A stretch of 64,000 nt of DNA. Source: Clostridiales bacterium UBA7285. Lineage in GTDB: Bacteria > Bacillota > Clostridia > Peptostreptococcales > Anaerovoracaceae. Position 1 is the first letter of the stretch, and each line of letters starts with the position of its first letter. The stretch spans positions 1,021 through 65,020 of the forward strand of contig DKRJ01000026.1 of the NCBI GenBank assembly GCA_002472145.1, given 5' to 3'. The translations under genes and the position numbers were made by a program. The notes under the pieces were generated by a model. The model saw only the letters and a program-made list of their open reading frames with translations. It made no database searches and had not been told where the DNA came from. This document shows, one piece after another, positions 36,095 to 46,114 of this stretch.

Positions 36095-37498
36095 ATGAGT
36101 GAAAAAGTCACGATGGAAAAAATCGTCGCGCTGGCCAAGAACAGAGGCTTCGTATATCCGGGCTCCGAAATCTACGGCGGACTGGCGAACACGTGGGACT
36201 ACGGTCCTCTCGGCGTCGAGTTCAAGAACAACGTAAAAAAGGCCTGGTGGAGGAAGTTCGTTCAGGAGTCGGAATTCAACGTAGGGCTGGACGCGGCGAT
36301 CCTGATGAACCCGCGCACGTGGGAAGCGTCAGGCCACGTCGGCGGCTTTTCGGACCCGCTCATCGACTGCCGCGAGTGCAAAGCGAGATTCCGCGCGGAT
36401 AAGCTCATAGAAGAATATCAGATATCACAGGGGATGAAGCCGGACATCACAGACGGCTGGTCCGCGGAAAAACTCGAAGGATATATCAGGGAGCATCAGA
36501 TCCCATGCCCGGAGTGCGGGAAGAGCAATTTCACGCCTATCAGGCAGTTCAACCTGATGTTCAAAACGTTCCAGGGAGTCACCGAGGACACTCAGTCACA
36601 GATATACCTGCGTCCTGAAACGGCGCAGGGCATCTTCGTCAACTTCAAGAACGTCCAGCGCACGTCCCGTAAAAAAATCCCGTTCGGCATCGCTCAGATC
36701 GGAAAATCATTCCGCAATGAGATAACGCCGGGCAATTTCACGTTCAGAACGAGAGAGTTCGAGCAGATGGAGCTTGAGTTTTTCTGCAAGCCGGGAGACG
36801 ATCTGAAGTGGTTCGACTACTGGCGTTCATTCTGCGAGAATTTTCTGAAGTCGCTCGGAATGAGAGAAGAGAATCTCAGGCTGAGAGACCATGAAAAGGC
36901 AGAACTCTCTCATTACAGTAAGGCTACTACTGATATCGAATATTTGTTCCCGTTCGGCTGGGGAGAATTGTGGGGCATTGCCGACAGGACCGACTTCGAT
37001 CTCAGTAAGCATCAGGAGTTTTCCGGTCAGGACATGAGTTATCTGGATCCGGAGACTTTTGAGAGATACATTCCGTTCTGTATCGAGCCGTCGCTCGGTG
37101 CGGACAGAGTCGCTCTCGCGTTCCTGGTCGACGCGTACGACGAGGAGACGCTTACGGACGCCAACGGAAAGGAAGACACGAGAGTCGTCCTCCATCTGAG
37201 CCCTGTGCTCGCTCCGTTCAAGGCAGCGGTCATGCCGCTCTCGAAAAAACTGTCCGACAAAGCGTTCCCGGTGTACAAGGATCTCGCCAGATATTTCTCC
37301 GTGGACTACGACGAAGCGGGGTCTATAGGCAAGAGATACCGCCGCCAGGACGAGATAGGCACTCCGTTCTGCATCTGTGTGGACTTCGATACGGAAAACG
37401 ACGGCTGCGTGACCGTCAGGGACCGCGACACCATGGAACAGGTGCGCCTCCCGATCACAGAGGTCAGGCAGTACATTGAAGAAAGGCTGGATTTCTGA
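36095..37498 (+). CDS. glyQS: glycine--tRNA ligase (homodimeric GlyQS type)
   Basis: Class II aaRS motifs and the N-terminus [34 protein letters not shown]. 467 aa. Confidence 0.95.
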   Translation: MSEKVTMEKIVALAKNRGFVYPGSEIYGGLANTWDYGPLGVEFKNNVKKAWWRKFVQESEFNVGLDAAILMNPRTWEASGHVGGFSDPLIDCRECKARFRADKLIEEYQISQGMKPDITDGWSAEKLEGYIREHQIPCPECGKSNFTPIRQFNLMFKTFQGVTEDTQSQIYLRPETAQGIFVNFKNVQRTSRKKIPFGIAQIGKSFRNEITPGNFTFRTREFEQMELEFFCKPGDDLKWFDYWRSFCENFLKSLGMREENLRLRDHEKAELSHYSKATTDIEYLFPFGWGELWGIADRTDFDLSKHQEFSGQDMSYLDPETFERYIPFCIEPSLGADRVALAFLVDAYDEETLTDANGKEDTRVVLHLSPVLAPFKAAVMPLSKKLSDKAFPVYKDLARYFSVDYDEAGSIGKRYRRQDEIGTPFCICVDFDTENDGCVTVRDRDTMEQVRLPITEVRQYIEERLDF

Positions 37499-37577
37499 AC
37501 CTTGCGGGCACCGCACGGAAGCCCGCGAATGGAAGGACTCCGGTCTGACTTCAGGTTAGGCAAAGGAGGCCCCACAA

Positions 37578-40199
37578 ATGAAAAAGTACGTTTACTCGTT
37601 CAGCGAAGGTTCGAAGGACATGCGCGACCTACTCGGAGGAAAAGGCGCGAACCTTGCGGAAATGACTAAACTCGGGATGCCGGTACCATACGGCTTCACG
37701 ATCTCCACAGAGGCATGCACGGCTTACTATGACAACGGAGGCATGCTGCCTGACGAAGTTATCACCCAGACAAGCGAAAAAGTCGCGGAACTCGAAAAAA
37801 TCTCCGGCAAGAAATTCGGAGACATCAATAATCCTCTTCTCGTATCCGTCCGCTCCGGTTCCAGGATATCAATGCCGGGCATGATGGACACGATCCTTAA
37901 TCTCGGCCTCAATGACGACTCGGTCGAGGGTCTCGCCAAACTCACGGAAAATCCGCGCTTCGCGGCAGACAGTTTCCGCCGTTTCCTTCAGATGTACGGC
38001 AACGTCGTCATGGGCATAGACATGCACCTCTTCGACAAGGTCTTCAATGACGTAAAATCGAAGGCGGGCGTGGAATATGACGTCGACCTTTCCACAGACG
38101 ATCTCAACGAAATAATCGCAGGATACAAGGAAATCGTAAACTACGGCAAAGAGGGCGGCTTCCCGTCCGATCCGCAGGATCAACTGAACGAGGCCGTAAA
38201 GGCGGTTTTCCGTTCATGGATGAACGACAGAGCGATCCTCTACCGCAAACTCAACAGGATACCTGAATCATACGGCACGGCCGTAAACGTCCAGATGATG
38301 GTCTTCGGCAACATGGGAGAAACGTCCGGCACGGGCGTAGCTTTCACGCGCAACCCTGCGACAGGAGCAAAGGGCATCTTCGGAGAATTTCTCGTCAACG
38401 CTCAAGGTGAGGACGTCGTAGCTGGCATCCGCACGCCGAAGCCTATATCCGAGATGGCAGAGTCATTCCCGGACGTATATAAGGAATTCATCGACATCTC
38501 GACTCACCTCGAACAGCACTATACCGACATGCAGGACATGGAGTTCACAGTAGAGAACAACAAACTCTACATGCTCCAGACCAGAAACGGAAAGAGAACG
38601 GCGCAGGCCGCATTCAAGATCGCGGTCGACATGGTGAAGGAAGGCCTGATCGATAAGGAGACAGCGGTCATGAGGATCGACCCTGAAACCGTCGACCAGC
38701 TCCTGCATCCGCGTTTCAACGACGCGGACGAAAAGAAAGCGACCGTGATCGCGACAGGTATCGCGGCGTCACCGGGAGCAGCCACGGGCAGGATCTACTT
38801 CTCTGCCGAAGACGCCGAGAACGCCGTCAAACAGGGCGAAAAGGCCATCCTGGTCCGCGAGGAGACTTCACCTGAGGACCTCGCAGGAATGGTCGCCGCC
38901 GAAGGCATCCTGACCGCCAGAGGCGGACAGACGTCACACGCGGCTGTAGTCGCAAGGAGCATGGGCAAGTGCTGCGTCGCCGGATGCCCTGACATCCTCG
39001 TTTCCGAGGAGAACAAAACGCTTAAAGTCGGAGACCGCGTATACCACGAAGGAGATTTCATATCGCTCAACGGCTCCAAGGGCAACGTCTACGACGGAAC
39101 GATAAAGACCGAAAAGCCTGAGTTCACCGGGGACTTCGGCACTGTCATGCAGTGGGCGGATGAGATCCGCACGCTTAAGATCAGGACGAACGCCGACCTT
39201 CCGCGCGACGCGAAGCAGGCAGCCGAGTTCGGCGCCGAGGGAATAGGGCTCTGCCGCACGGAGCACATGTTCTTCGACGAAGACAGGATCCCGGTATTCC
39301 GCAGCATGATAATCGCAGACACCGTGGAAGAACGTAAGACCGCGCTCGATAAACTGCTTCCGCTCCAGAAAGAAGACTTCAAGGGCATCTACGAGGTCAT
39401 GAAGGAGCTGCCGGTCACGATCCGTCTGCTCGATCCGCCGCTCCACGAATTCCTCCCGAAGACGGACGAGGAAGCGCAGGAACTCGCGGGAATGCTGAAC
39501 GTGCCGGTAGAGAAAATCCTGAAAAAGACCGAGGAACTCAAGGAATTCAACCCTATGCTCGGACTCCGCGGATGCCGTCTGGCAGTCGAATATCCTGAGA
39601 TCGCCGAAATGCAGACGAGAGCGATCATGGAAGCGGCAATCGAGGTCAGCGAGGAGCACGGCTACGAGATAACTCCGGAAATCATGATCCCTCTCACATG
39701 CTGCGAGAAGGAAATGGAATACGTCACCGACATCGTCAAAAAGACGGCCGACGCGTGCCTCGAGGAAAAGGGCTCAGACCTGAGATATATGGTCGGCACC
39801 ATGATCGAGACTCCTAGAGCGGCGGTCACCGCGGACGAGATCGCGGCCACCGCGGAATTCTTCTCGTTCGGAACTAACGACCTGACGCAGATGGCCTTCG
39901 GCTTTTCGCGCGACGATACCGGTAAGCTCATAAACGACTACGTCAATCTCGGCATCTTCGAAGACAACATCTTCAAGACGCTCGACCAGAACGGCGTAGG
40001 CAAACTCGTGCTCATGGCGGCGAAATTAGGCCGCAAGACACGCCCGACGATCAAACTCGGCATCTGCGGCGAACACGGAGGAGACCCTCGCAGCATCGAA
40101 TTCTGCTACAAGATCGGCCTCCACTACGTTTCCTGCTCGCCGTTCAGAGTTCCGGGAGCCAGGATCGCGGCAGCGCAGGCTGTGATCAAAAATAAGTAA
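37578..40199 (+). CDS. ppdK: pyruvate, phosphate dikinase
   Basis: 873 aa. Phosphohistidine site GGQTSHAAVVARSMG. PEP-utilising C-terminal domain (CGEHGGDP). Confidence 0.96.
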   Translation: MKKYVYSFSEGSKDMRDLLGGKGANLAEMTKLGMPVPYGFTISTEACTAYYDNGGMLPDEVITQTSEKVAELEKISGKKFGDINNPLLVSVRSGSRISMPGMMDTILNLGLNDDSVEGLAKLTENPRFAADSFRRFLQMYGNVVMGIDMHLFDKVFNDVKSKAGVEYDVDLSTDDLNEIIAGYKEIVNYGKEGGFPSDPQDQLNEAVKAVFRSWMNDRAILYRKLNRIPESYGTAVNVQMMVFGNMGETSGTGVAFTRNPATGAKGIFGEFLVNAQGEDVVAGIRTPKPISEMAESFPDVYKEFIDISTHLEQHYTDMQDMEFTVENNKLYMLQTRNGKRTAQAAFKIAVDMVKEGLIDKETAVMRIDPETVDQLLHPRFNDADEKKATVIATGIAASPGAATGRIYFSAEDAENAVKQGEKAILVREETSPEDLAGMVAAEGILTARGGQTSHAAVVARSMGKCCVAGCPDILVSEENKTLKVGDRVYHEGDFISLNGSKGNVYDGTIKTEKPEFTGDFGTVMQWADEIRTLKIRTNADLPRDAKQAAEFGAEGIGLCRTEHMFFDEDRIPVFRSMIIADTVEERKTALDKLLPLQKEDFKGIYEVMKELPVTIRLLDPPLHEFLPKTDEEAQELAGMLNVPVEKILKKTEELKEFNPMLGLRGCRLAVEYPEIAEMQTRAIMEAAIEVSEEHGYEITPEIMIPLTCCEKEMEYVTDIVKKTADACLEEKGSDLRYMVGTMIETPRAAVTADEIAATAEFFSFGTNDLTQMAFGFSRDDTGKLINDYVNLGIFEDNIFKTLDQNGVGKLVLMAAKLGRKTRPTIKLGICGEHGGDPRSIEFCYKIGLHYVSCSPFRVPGARIAAAQAVIKNK

Positions 40200-40275
40200 G
40201 GCCTGAAAAAGAGCCGTCCGGTCCGGAGACGTTCATGCCGCGTGCCCGGCCGGCTGAAGTGTAAATGCTTTGAAA

Positions 40276-40303
40276 GGGAGCCCCTTGCGTACGAGGGGCT
40301 CTC
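40276..40303 (+). terminator. hairpin after ppdK (probable terminator, weak T-tract)
   Basis: GAGCCCCT/AGGGGCTC 8-bp stem (extendable), 8-nt loop, followed by TCTTGTGAT. Confidence 0.45.
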
Positions 40304-40306
40304 TTG

Positions 40307-40315
40307 TGATATAAT
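40307..40315 (+). promoter_or_regulatory. extended -10 element (TGaTATAAT) upstream of the ABC transporter gene
   Basis: TGATATAAT lies 49 nt before the ATG at 40364. No good -35. Confidence 0.4.
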
Positions 40316-40363
40316 ACGACTGTCGCTTGGATCTTCCGCCATACGTGCGTCTTACGTGGAAAA

Positions 40364-42082
40364 ATGACAAAAACACTGCTTCACTACTTCAAACCTCATA
40401 AAAAAATATTCGCCGCGGATATGTTCTGCGCCGTGATGATCGCTTTGATCGACCTCGTATTCCCGTACGTCTCGCGGTACTCGATGTACGACCTGCTGCC
40501 TGCGATGAAATACAAGGCTTTCTTCGCCGTGATGGCTTTGATGGTGGCCGCGTTCGCCATGAGATCGGGCTTCTACTACATCATGACGTACTGGGGACAC
40601 ACCTTCGGCGTACTGGTAGAAACAGACATAAGAGCCGACCTCTTCCATCACATGCAGGAACTGGACTTTGAGTTCTACGACCAGAACAGGACAGGCGTGC
40701 TCATGAGCCGGCTCACGAGCGATCTCTTTGATATTACCGAATTGGCGCATCACGGCCCGGAGGATATCGTCATTTCTCTCTGCACGATCGCGGGCTCTCT
40801 CGTTTTCATGTTCATGATGGAATGGAGGCTGGCGCTCGTAATCGCCATACTGGTTCCGATCTTCATCATCGTTCTGATGACCTCGCGCCGCGACATGGAG
40901 AACACATCTGTGACGGTCAAGAAAAAGCAGGCTGTCATCAGCGCGGAGATCGAGTCGTGCATCTCCGGCATCAGAACGTCGAAAGCCTTCGCAAACGAGG
41001 AGGTCGACGAGGAACGCTTTGACGACTCCAACACGAGATACGGCAGGGCCAAGAGCGATTATTACAAGGCCATGGGCCGCTTCAACGCGTCTCAGGAGTT
41101 TTTCATGTGCGCCATACAGGTCGCCGTGATCGCATTCGGCGGAGCGCTCATAATGCAGGAGAAGATGAACTATATAGATCTCATCACCTTCATGCTTTAC
41201 ATTTCAACGTTCGTAACGCCTATCAGGCGGCTCTCGAACCTCGCTGACGTTCTGACGAACGGGCGCGCCGGACTGAAGCGCTTCACGGAGATAATGAAGA
41301 TACAGCCGGAGATCAGGGAAAAAGAGGACGCGAAGCCTCTCGTCGTGACCGACGGCGCGATAGACATAGACGACGTGACCTTCTCCTACAACGGGAAGAC
41401 CGACGTCATCAAAGACATGACCCTGCACGTCAGACCGGGCGAGACACTGGCGATAGTAGGGCACTCCGGCGGCGGCAAAACTACGCTCTGCCAGCTGATA
41501 CCGCGCTTCTACGACGTAGATAAGGGGAGCATCAGAATAGACGGCACGGACATCCGCGACGTCACGAAGCGCTCGATACGCGAAAACGTCGGCATCGTGC
41601 AGCAGGACGTATTTATCTTTGCCGACACGGTGCGCGAGAACATCAGATACGGAAGGCCGGAGGCGACCGAGGAGGAGATAGATGAGGCCGCGCGGCGCGC
41701 CGAGATCTACGACGACATCATGCGCATGCCGGACGGTTTTGATACGTACGTGGGAGAGCGCGGAACGAAGTTGTCGGGAGGACAGAAGCAGCGCATCTCC
41801 ATAGCGAGGATATTCCTCAAGGACCCGAAGATACTCATCCTGGACGAGGCCACTTCATCGCTTGACACAATAACCGAACGCGCTATCCAGCAGTCGTTCG
41901 ACGAACTGGCAAAGGGCAGGACGTCGCTCGTTATAGCGCACAGGCTCGCAACCGTGATAAACGCCGACAGGATCGTTTTGATAGACGACGGAAGGATAGC
42001 CGAGGAGGGGACGCACAGGGAACTCATGGCTCTGAACGGCGAGTATGCCCGCCTCTATAACACGCAGAAACTGTATGACTGA
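40364..42082 (+). CDS. ABC transporter, fused permease/ATP-binding half-transporter (exporter type)
   Basis: 6 TM, then Walker A GHSGGGKTT, signature LSGGQKQR, Walker B ILILDEATS. Confidence 0.92.
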   Translation: MTKTLLHYFKPHKKIFAADMFCAVMIALIDLVFPYVSRYSMYDLLPAMKYKAFFAVMALMVAAFAMRSGFYYIMTYWGHTFGVLVETDIRADLFHHMQELDFEFYDQNRTGVLMSRLTSDLFDITELAHHGPEDIVISLCTIAGSLVFMFMMEWRLALVIAILVPIFIIVLMTSRRDMENTSVTVKKKQAVISAEIESCISGIRTSKAFANEEVDEERFDDSNTRYGRAKSDYYKAMGRFNASQEFFMCAIQVAVIAFGGALIMQEKMNYIDLITFMLYISTFVTPIRRLSNLADVLTNGRAGLKRFTEIMKIQPEIREKEDAKPLVVTDGAIDIDDVTFSYNGKTDVIKDMTLHVRPGETLAIVGHSGGGKTTLCQLIPRFYDVDKGSIRIDGTDIRDVTKRSIRENVGIVQQDVFIFADTVRENIRYGRPEATEEEIDEAARRAEIYDDIMRMPDGFDTYVGERGTKLSGGQKQRISIARIFLKDPKILILDEATSSLDTITERAIQQSFDELAKGRTSLVIAHRLATVINADRIVLIDDGRIAEEGTHRELMALNGEYARLYNTQKLYD

Positions 42083-42097
42083 GGATCGGGACATATC

Positions 42098-42829
42098 ATG
42101 ATCAAATATCTGGCAATTATATCAGCCGCCGCGTCCGCTTTTGTTCTTCTGGTGGCTTTTACTTTCAAGGAAAAGGTGAAGCGCAGGGCATTTCTCATCA
42201 GCAGGTTCGCGCTTATCGCGATCGTCGTGGCTGTGGTTTTGATTTTTAATTACGCGGAACTGGATGACAGGTTCCTGGGCTTTGTCGTGATTGCAGCTCT
42301 TTACGTTTCGTACGTCATAGAAAAAAGTATTATCGCGCGAAGCGGGACTGAGACCGACACAGTTGGCGGGCAGGACCGCTCGTATTCGGTCCGGAATTTT
42401 GAACCGGGGGACGCAGACGCTTGCTATGCTCTGTACCGGAACACGGTACGCGAGTGCTGCGCCGCGGATTATACGGGCACTCAGATCGATGCTCTCGCGC
42501 CGAAGAACGTGAACGCTGCATCATGGCGGGAGACACTCATGCGCCACGTGACTCTCGTCGCCGTGCATAAGGGGCGCGTCGTGGCGTTCGCGGACATGGA
42601 CGACACGGGATATCTAGGACGCATAGCCGTTCGGAAGGATTTTCAGCGGAACGGGATAGGGACCGACCTCTTCGGAAGACTCGAGGCGGCCGCTCCTCAG
42701 GGCATCCTGACGAGCGCGACGCTGACGGCTGTGCCTTTTTTCGAGAAACTCGGCTTTGAAAATATCGAAAAACGCGACGCGGATCACGGGGGGATCCCCG
42801 CACCGGTCGTTATCATGCAGAAGAAATAG
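42098..42829 (+). CDS. GNAT family N-acetyltransferase with N-terminal membrane anchor (3 TM)
   Basis: N-terminal hydrophobic segments. Acetyl-CoA motif RIAVRKDFQRNGIGTDL. Confidence 0.8.
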   Translation: MIKYLAIISAAASAFVLLVAFTFKEKVKRRAFLISRFALIAIVVAVVLIFNYAELDDRFLGFVVIAALYVSYVIEKSIIARSGTETDTVGGQDRSYSVRNFEPGDADACYALYRNTVRECCAADYTGTQIDALAPKNVNAASWRETLMRHVTLVAVHKGRVVAFADMDDTGYLGRIAVRKDFQRNGIGTDLFGRLEAAAPQGILTSATLTAVPFFEKLGFENIEKRDADHGGIPAPVVIMQKK

Positions 42830-43007
42830 GGAGACGGGGAGAAGAGACGCATGCCGTCCCGCATCACCTCGCAGTATCCGGTCCATGCTTCGGCCGGATT
42901 TTTTGTTCGTAATTTTAGACAGTTTAGGCATAAAACAAAGAAACGGCGCGCTTTTTAGGCCGCTCACCAGTTTGCGAAAAGTTTCTTTATTTTCTTTTGT
43001 TAATTCG

Positions 43008-43036
43008 TTGACAATATGAATACGGAAGGTTACGAT
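43008..43036 (+). promoter_or_regulatory. sigma-70-type promoter of adh
   Basis: TTGACA (43008-43013), 17-nt spacer, TACGAT (43031-43036), in an AT-rich region. A terminator-like hairpin for the upstream gene lies at about 42876-42906. Confidence 0.55.
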
Positions 43037-43104
43037 GAATATTAAGTTAAAGTTTTAACAAATGCGACAAAAGAGCGCAACAAAAGAAAAATGGAGGTTT
43101 ATGA

Positions 43105-44160
43105 ATGAAAGGCTACGCAATGCTCAAAATCGGTTCATCGGGATGGATCGAAAAGGATCGTCCGGTCTGCGGGCACATGGACGCCATCTGCAGGCCGATC
43201 GCTGTGGCGATCTGCTCCTCGGACGTGCACACGCTCTGGGCGGGCGCTCTCGGGGACAGGCATGACATGATCCTCGGTCACGAATGCTGCGCCGAAGTCG
43301 TCGAGGTAGGCGACGTGGTGAAGGATTTCAAGCCGGGAGACAAGGTCCTGGTGCCTGCTATCACTCCGGACTGGAATTCCGCCGCCGCTCAGGCGGGCTG
43401 GCAGCAGCAGTCCGGCGGTCTTCTCGGAGGGTGGAAGTTCTCGAACTATAAGGACGGAGTATTTGCTGACTTTTTCCACGTGAACGACGCTGACGGCAAC
43501 CTCGCTCATCTTCCTGAAGGGATCGACCCTGTCGACGCGTGCATCCTCTCCGACATGGTCCCTACGGGGTTCCACGCCGTCGAACAGGCTAATGTCCAGT
43601 TCGGCGATTCTGTGCTCGTCATCGGAATCGGTCCTGTCGGCCTCATGTCCGTACGCGCGTGCGCTCTGCGCGGGGCGAGCCGCATCATCGCCGTCGGGAC
43701 GAGGGAGATATGCCGCAAGGTGGCCAGAGAATACGGCGCCGACGAGTTCCTGAGCTATAAAGACGGCTCTATCGCTGATCAGGTCCTCGCTATGACCGGC
43801 GGAGAAGGTGTCGACCGCGTCTGCATCGCCGGAGGAACGGTCGATACGTTCAGCGAAGCGGTCAAATGCCTCAAGCCGGGCGGAGTTATCGGGAACGTGA
43901 ACTACCTCGGAGAAGGCGACTACGTCAGGATCCCTCGCGTTGAGTGGGGATGCGGCATGGCGAACAAAACGATCTGCGGCGGTCTAATGCCGGGAGGAAG
44001 GCTCCGCATGGAAAAACTTTCGAGCCTCGTGACGTCGGGCCGTCTCGACCTTCATAAGGAAGTGACGCACGTTTTCCAGGGAAAGGAACATATAGAGGAA
44101 GCGCTGTTCCTCATGCGCGACAAGCCGGCTGATCTGATCAAACCGGTCGTCGTATGGTAG
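43105..44160 (+). CDS. adh: zinc-dependent NADP-type (secondary) alcohol dehydrogenase
   Basis: MKGYAML..; Zn ligand contexts CSSDVH and GHECCAEV; Rossmann GIGPVGL. 351 aa, like the clostridial/Thermoanaerobacter secondary ADHs. Confidence 0.88.
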   Translation: MKGYAMLKIGSSGWIEKDRPVCGHMDAICRPIAVAICSSDVHTLWAGALGDRHDMILGHECCAEVVEVGDVVKDFKPGDKVLVPAITPDWNSAAAQAGWQQQSGGLLGGWKFSNYKDGVFADFFHVNDADGNLAHLPEGIDPVDACILSDMVPTGFHAVEQANVQFGDSVLVIGIGPVGLMSVRACALRGASRIIAVGTREICRKVAREYGADEFLSYKDGSIADQVLAMTGGEGVDRVCIAGGTVDTFSEAVKCLKPGGVIGNVNYLGEGDYVRIPRVEWGCGMANKTICGGLMPGGRLRMEKLSSLVTSGRLDLHKEVTHVFQGKEHIEEALFLMRDKPADLIKPVVVW

Positions 44161-44170
44161 CGGGACAGAC

Positions 44171-45484
44171 GTGGACGTACTTATAATCGCTGGTTATCTG
44201 GGCGCCGGAAAGACAACGTTTATCCGGCGCCTTGCTGACCATCTGAAAGACTTGAATTTCGCTGTCCTCGAGAATGAATCGGGGGACACGAACTATGACG
44301 CCGCGCTCTTAGGACAGAGCGTTGAACCGTCCAGGATCTGGGAAATGACCGAAAACTGTGTATGCTGCACGGGAAAGGCTGATTTCCTCACTAACCTGGT
44401 CACCATCTCATCCACGCTCGACCCCGACGTCCTGATAGTCGAGCCGACCGGCGCGGTGCGCCTCGACGCCGTCTTGCGCAGCGTCGAGGGCCTCAGCTAC
44501 GGCAAGCTGAGGCTGCTTTCGCCCGTCCTCATCGCGGACGCCCCCCGGATGGGCGAAAGCGCGCGCCGCATCAGCATGCGCGCCGGCCTCGGCACTGGTG
44601 CTGCCGTGCGCTCAGACTCGTGCGCCGGCCTCGGCACTGATGCTGCCGTGCGCTCAGACTCGTGCGCCGGCCTTGGCACTGGTACTGCCGTGCGCTCAGA
44701 CTCGTGCGCTGGCCTCGGCACTGGTGCCGCCGTGCGCTCAGACTCGTGCGCCGGCCTTGGCACTGATGCCGCCGGGCGCACAGACTCGCGCGCCGGCCTC
44801 GGCACTGATGCTGCCGGGCGTTCAGACATGCGCGCCGGCCTCGGCACTGATGCTGCCTGGCGCTCAGACTCGCGCGCCGGCCTGCTCGCCGAGTCTGCCG
44901 GCTGCGCCGGGACCATAGTCCTGTCGAAATCGGAACAGCTTTCGGAAGATGAAACGTCGCTCTATACGAGCGTCCTGAGGGGATTGAACCCGGACGCGGA
45001 GATAGTTTCTGGAGATTATTCCACCAGAGACGATTCGTGGTGGCGTTCTCTCATCAGCAGACCGTACAGAGATCCGGACGGAACGGCGCCTGAAATAGAC
45101 GCCGAAAACGGTGCCGGCGGAACTTTAAGCCTTGGAGCCGCCGGACCGTCTGCCGTCCGGGCATCGGCCCAGAAAAAATTCGATACCGTATCGCTGAAGG
45201 ATATTTCGCTTCCGACGCCGGCGCATCTTATGACGATACTCGACATAGCCGCATCCGGGCTGTTCGGAGAGGCGGAGAGAGCTAAGGGATGCCTGCCTTG
45301 CGGAGTATCGGACGGCTGGATCAGATTCGATCTCGTCGGAAAGGACTGGGCACTGACCGGTGCGCCGCCACAGGATCACTCCGAGGCTGTTTTTATAGGA
45401 AACGGACTTCGCGAAAAAGACATACGGGAATATTTTACGATTTTCACCTCGCTGGCCAGAGTGCGATACAGATTCGGGAAGTGA
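44171..45484 (+). CDS. COG0523/CobW-family G3E GTPase (putative metallochaperone) with internal 14-aa tandem repeat insertion
   Basis: GTG start 10 nt after the adh stop. P-loop GYLGAGKTT, CVCC (CxCC) motif, LIVEPTG. Repeats lie between G3 and the G4-like LSKSE. CobW-C-like end. Confidence 0.8.
   Translation: MDVLIIAGYLGAGKTTFIRRLADHLKDLNFAVLENESGDTNYDAALLGQSVEPSRIWEMTENCVCCTGKADFLTNLVTISSTLDPDVLIVEPTGAVRLDAVLRSVEGLSYGKLRLLSPVLIADAPRMGESARRISMRAGLGTGAAVRSDSCAGLGTDAAVRSDSCAGLGTGTAVRSDSCAGLGTGAAVRSDSCAGLGTDAAGRTDSRAGLGTDAAGRSDMRAGLGTDAAWRSDSRAGLLAESAGCAGTIVLSKSEQLSEDETSLYTSVLRGLNPDAEIVSGDYSTRDDSWWRSLISRPYRDPDGTAPEIDAENGAGGTLSLGAAGPSAVRASAQKKFDTVSLKDISLPTPAHLMTILDIAASGLFGEAERAKGCLPCGVSDGWIRFDLVGKDWALTGAPPQDHSEAVFIGNGLREKDIREYFTIFTSLARVRYRFGK
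44579..44884 (+). repeat. 42-bp in-frame tandem repeat, 7 full copies plus partial flanks
   Basis: Units begin at 44585, 44627, 44669, 44711, 44753, 44795 and 44837. They encode GLGT(G/D)(A/T)A(V/G/W)R(S/T)D(S/M)(C/R)A. Confidence 0.95.
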
Positions 45485-45596
45485 CCGGAAGCGTGCAGCG
45501 ATACAATTGCCTGCAGGCAGCGAGACACATGCACTCGATTGCGAGACGCATTACAACCGACCGCATTATGGAGTACCGATATACACATTATCATTA

Positions 45597-45625
45597 TTGC
45601 TCATCGCGTTCATCTGCTCTATAAT
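45597..45625 (+). promoter_or_regulatory. sigma-70-type promoter upstream of ridA
   Basis: TTGCTC (45597-45602), 17-nt spacer, TATAAT (45620-45625). The ~80-nt leader has overlapping hairpins (GCGGC/GCCGC and GGCAGA/TCTGCC). Confidence 0.45.
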
Positions 45626-45706
45626 TACATTGGCTGTGCGGCACGGCAGAGCCGCGCCGAACGGATGATTCTGCCGATTTGATTTATCGTTAGAAGGAGG
45701 CCCATC

Positions 45707-46114
45707 ATGAGACAGGCGATCCATACCGACAAGGCTCCTGCTGCCATCGGACCGTATCAACAGGCGTGGCGCGCGGGAGATTTTCTTTTTACGGCCGGAC
45801 AGGGACCGGCTGATCCCGTTACGGGAAAGGTCACAGGCACCACGATCACGGAACAGGCCGAGCAGACGATGAAAAACATCGGCGCGATCCTGGAGGCCGC
45901 CGGGACCGACTTCACGAGCGCGGTCAAGGTCCTCTGCTTCCTCGCCAATGCCGAGGGTTTCAAGGCGTTCAACGAAGTCTACGCCAGATATTTCACATCG
46001 AAGCCAGCCAGGACGTGCGTCATGGTGAAGGATTTTCCGGCCCCGTGTCTCTGCGAGGTCGAGGTTATATGCTATCTCGGCGAACGAGCCGTAACAGATA
46101 CGGAGGGAATATGA
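45707..46114 (+). CDS. ridA: RidA/YjgF family reactive-intermediate deaminase
   Basis: APAAIGPYQQA, FTAGQ, CFL..F..FNEVYARYF, ARTCV. AGGAGG RBS. Confidence 0.9.
   Translation: MRQAIHTDKAPAAIGPYQQAWRAGDFLFTAGQGPADPVTGKVTGTTITEQAEQTMKNIGAILEAAGTDFTSAVKVLCFLANAEGFKAFNEVYARYFTSKPARTCVMVKDFPAPCLCEVEVICYLGERAVTDTEGI

Noticed and set aside
44579-44884. Possible CRISPR array or other non-coding repeat locus
   Set aside because: The units are contiguous with no spacers, the length is a multiple of 3, the array is in frame within a CDS, and no cas genes lie nearby.
44497-44918. Alternative-frame ORFs across the 42-bp repeat (PRPAHESERTAA-type on the minus strand, APASALMLPCAQTR-type on +)
   Set aside because: They exist only because the tandem repeat is stop-free in several frames. 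They are confined to the repeat and lack starts with an RBS.
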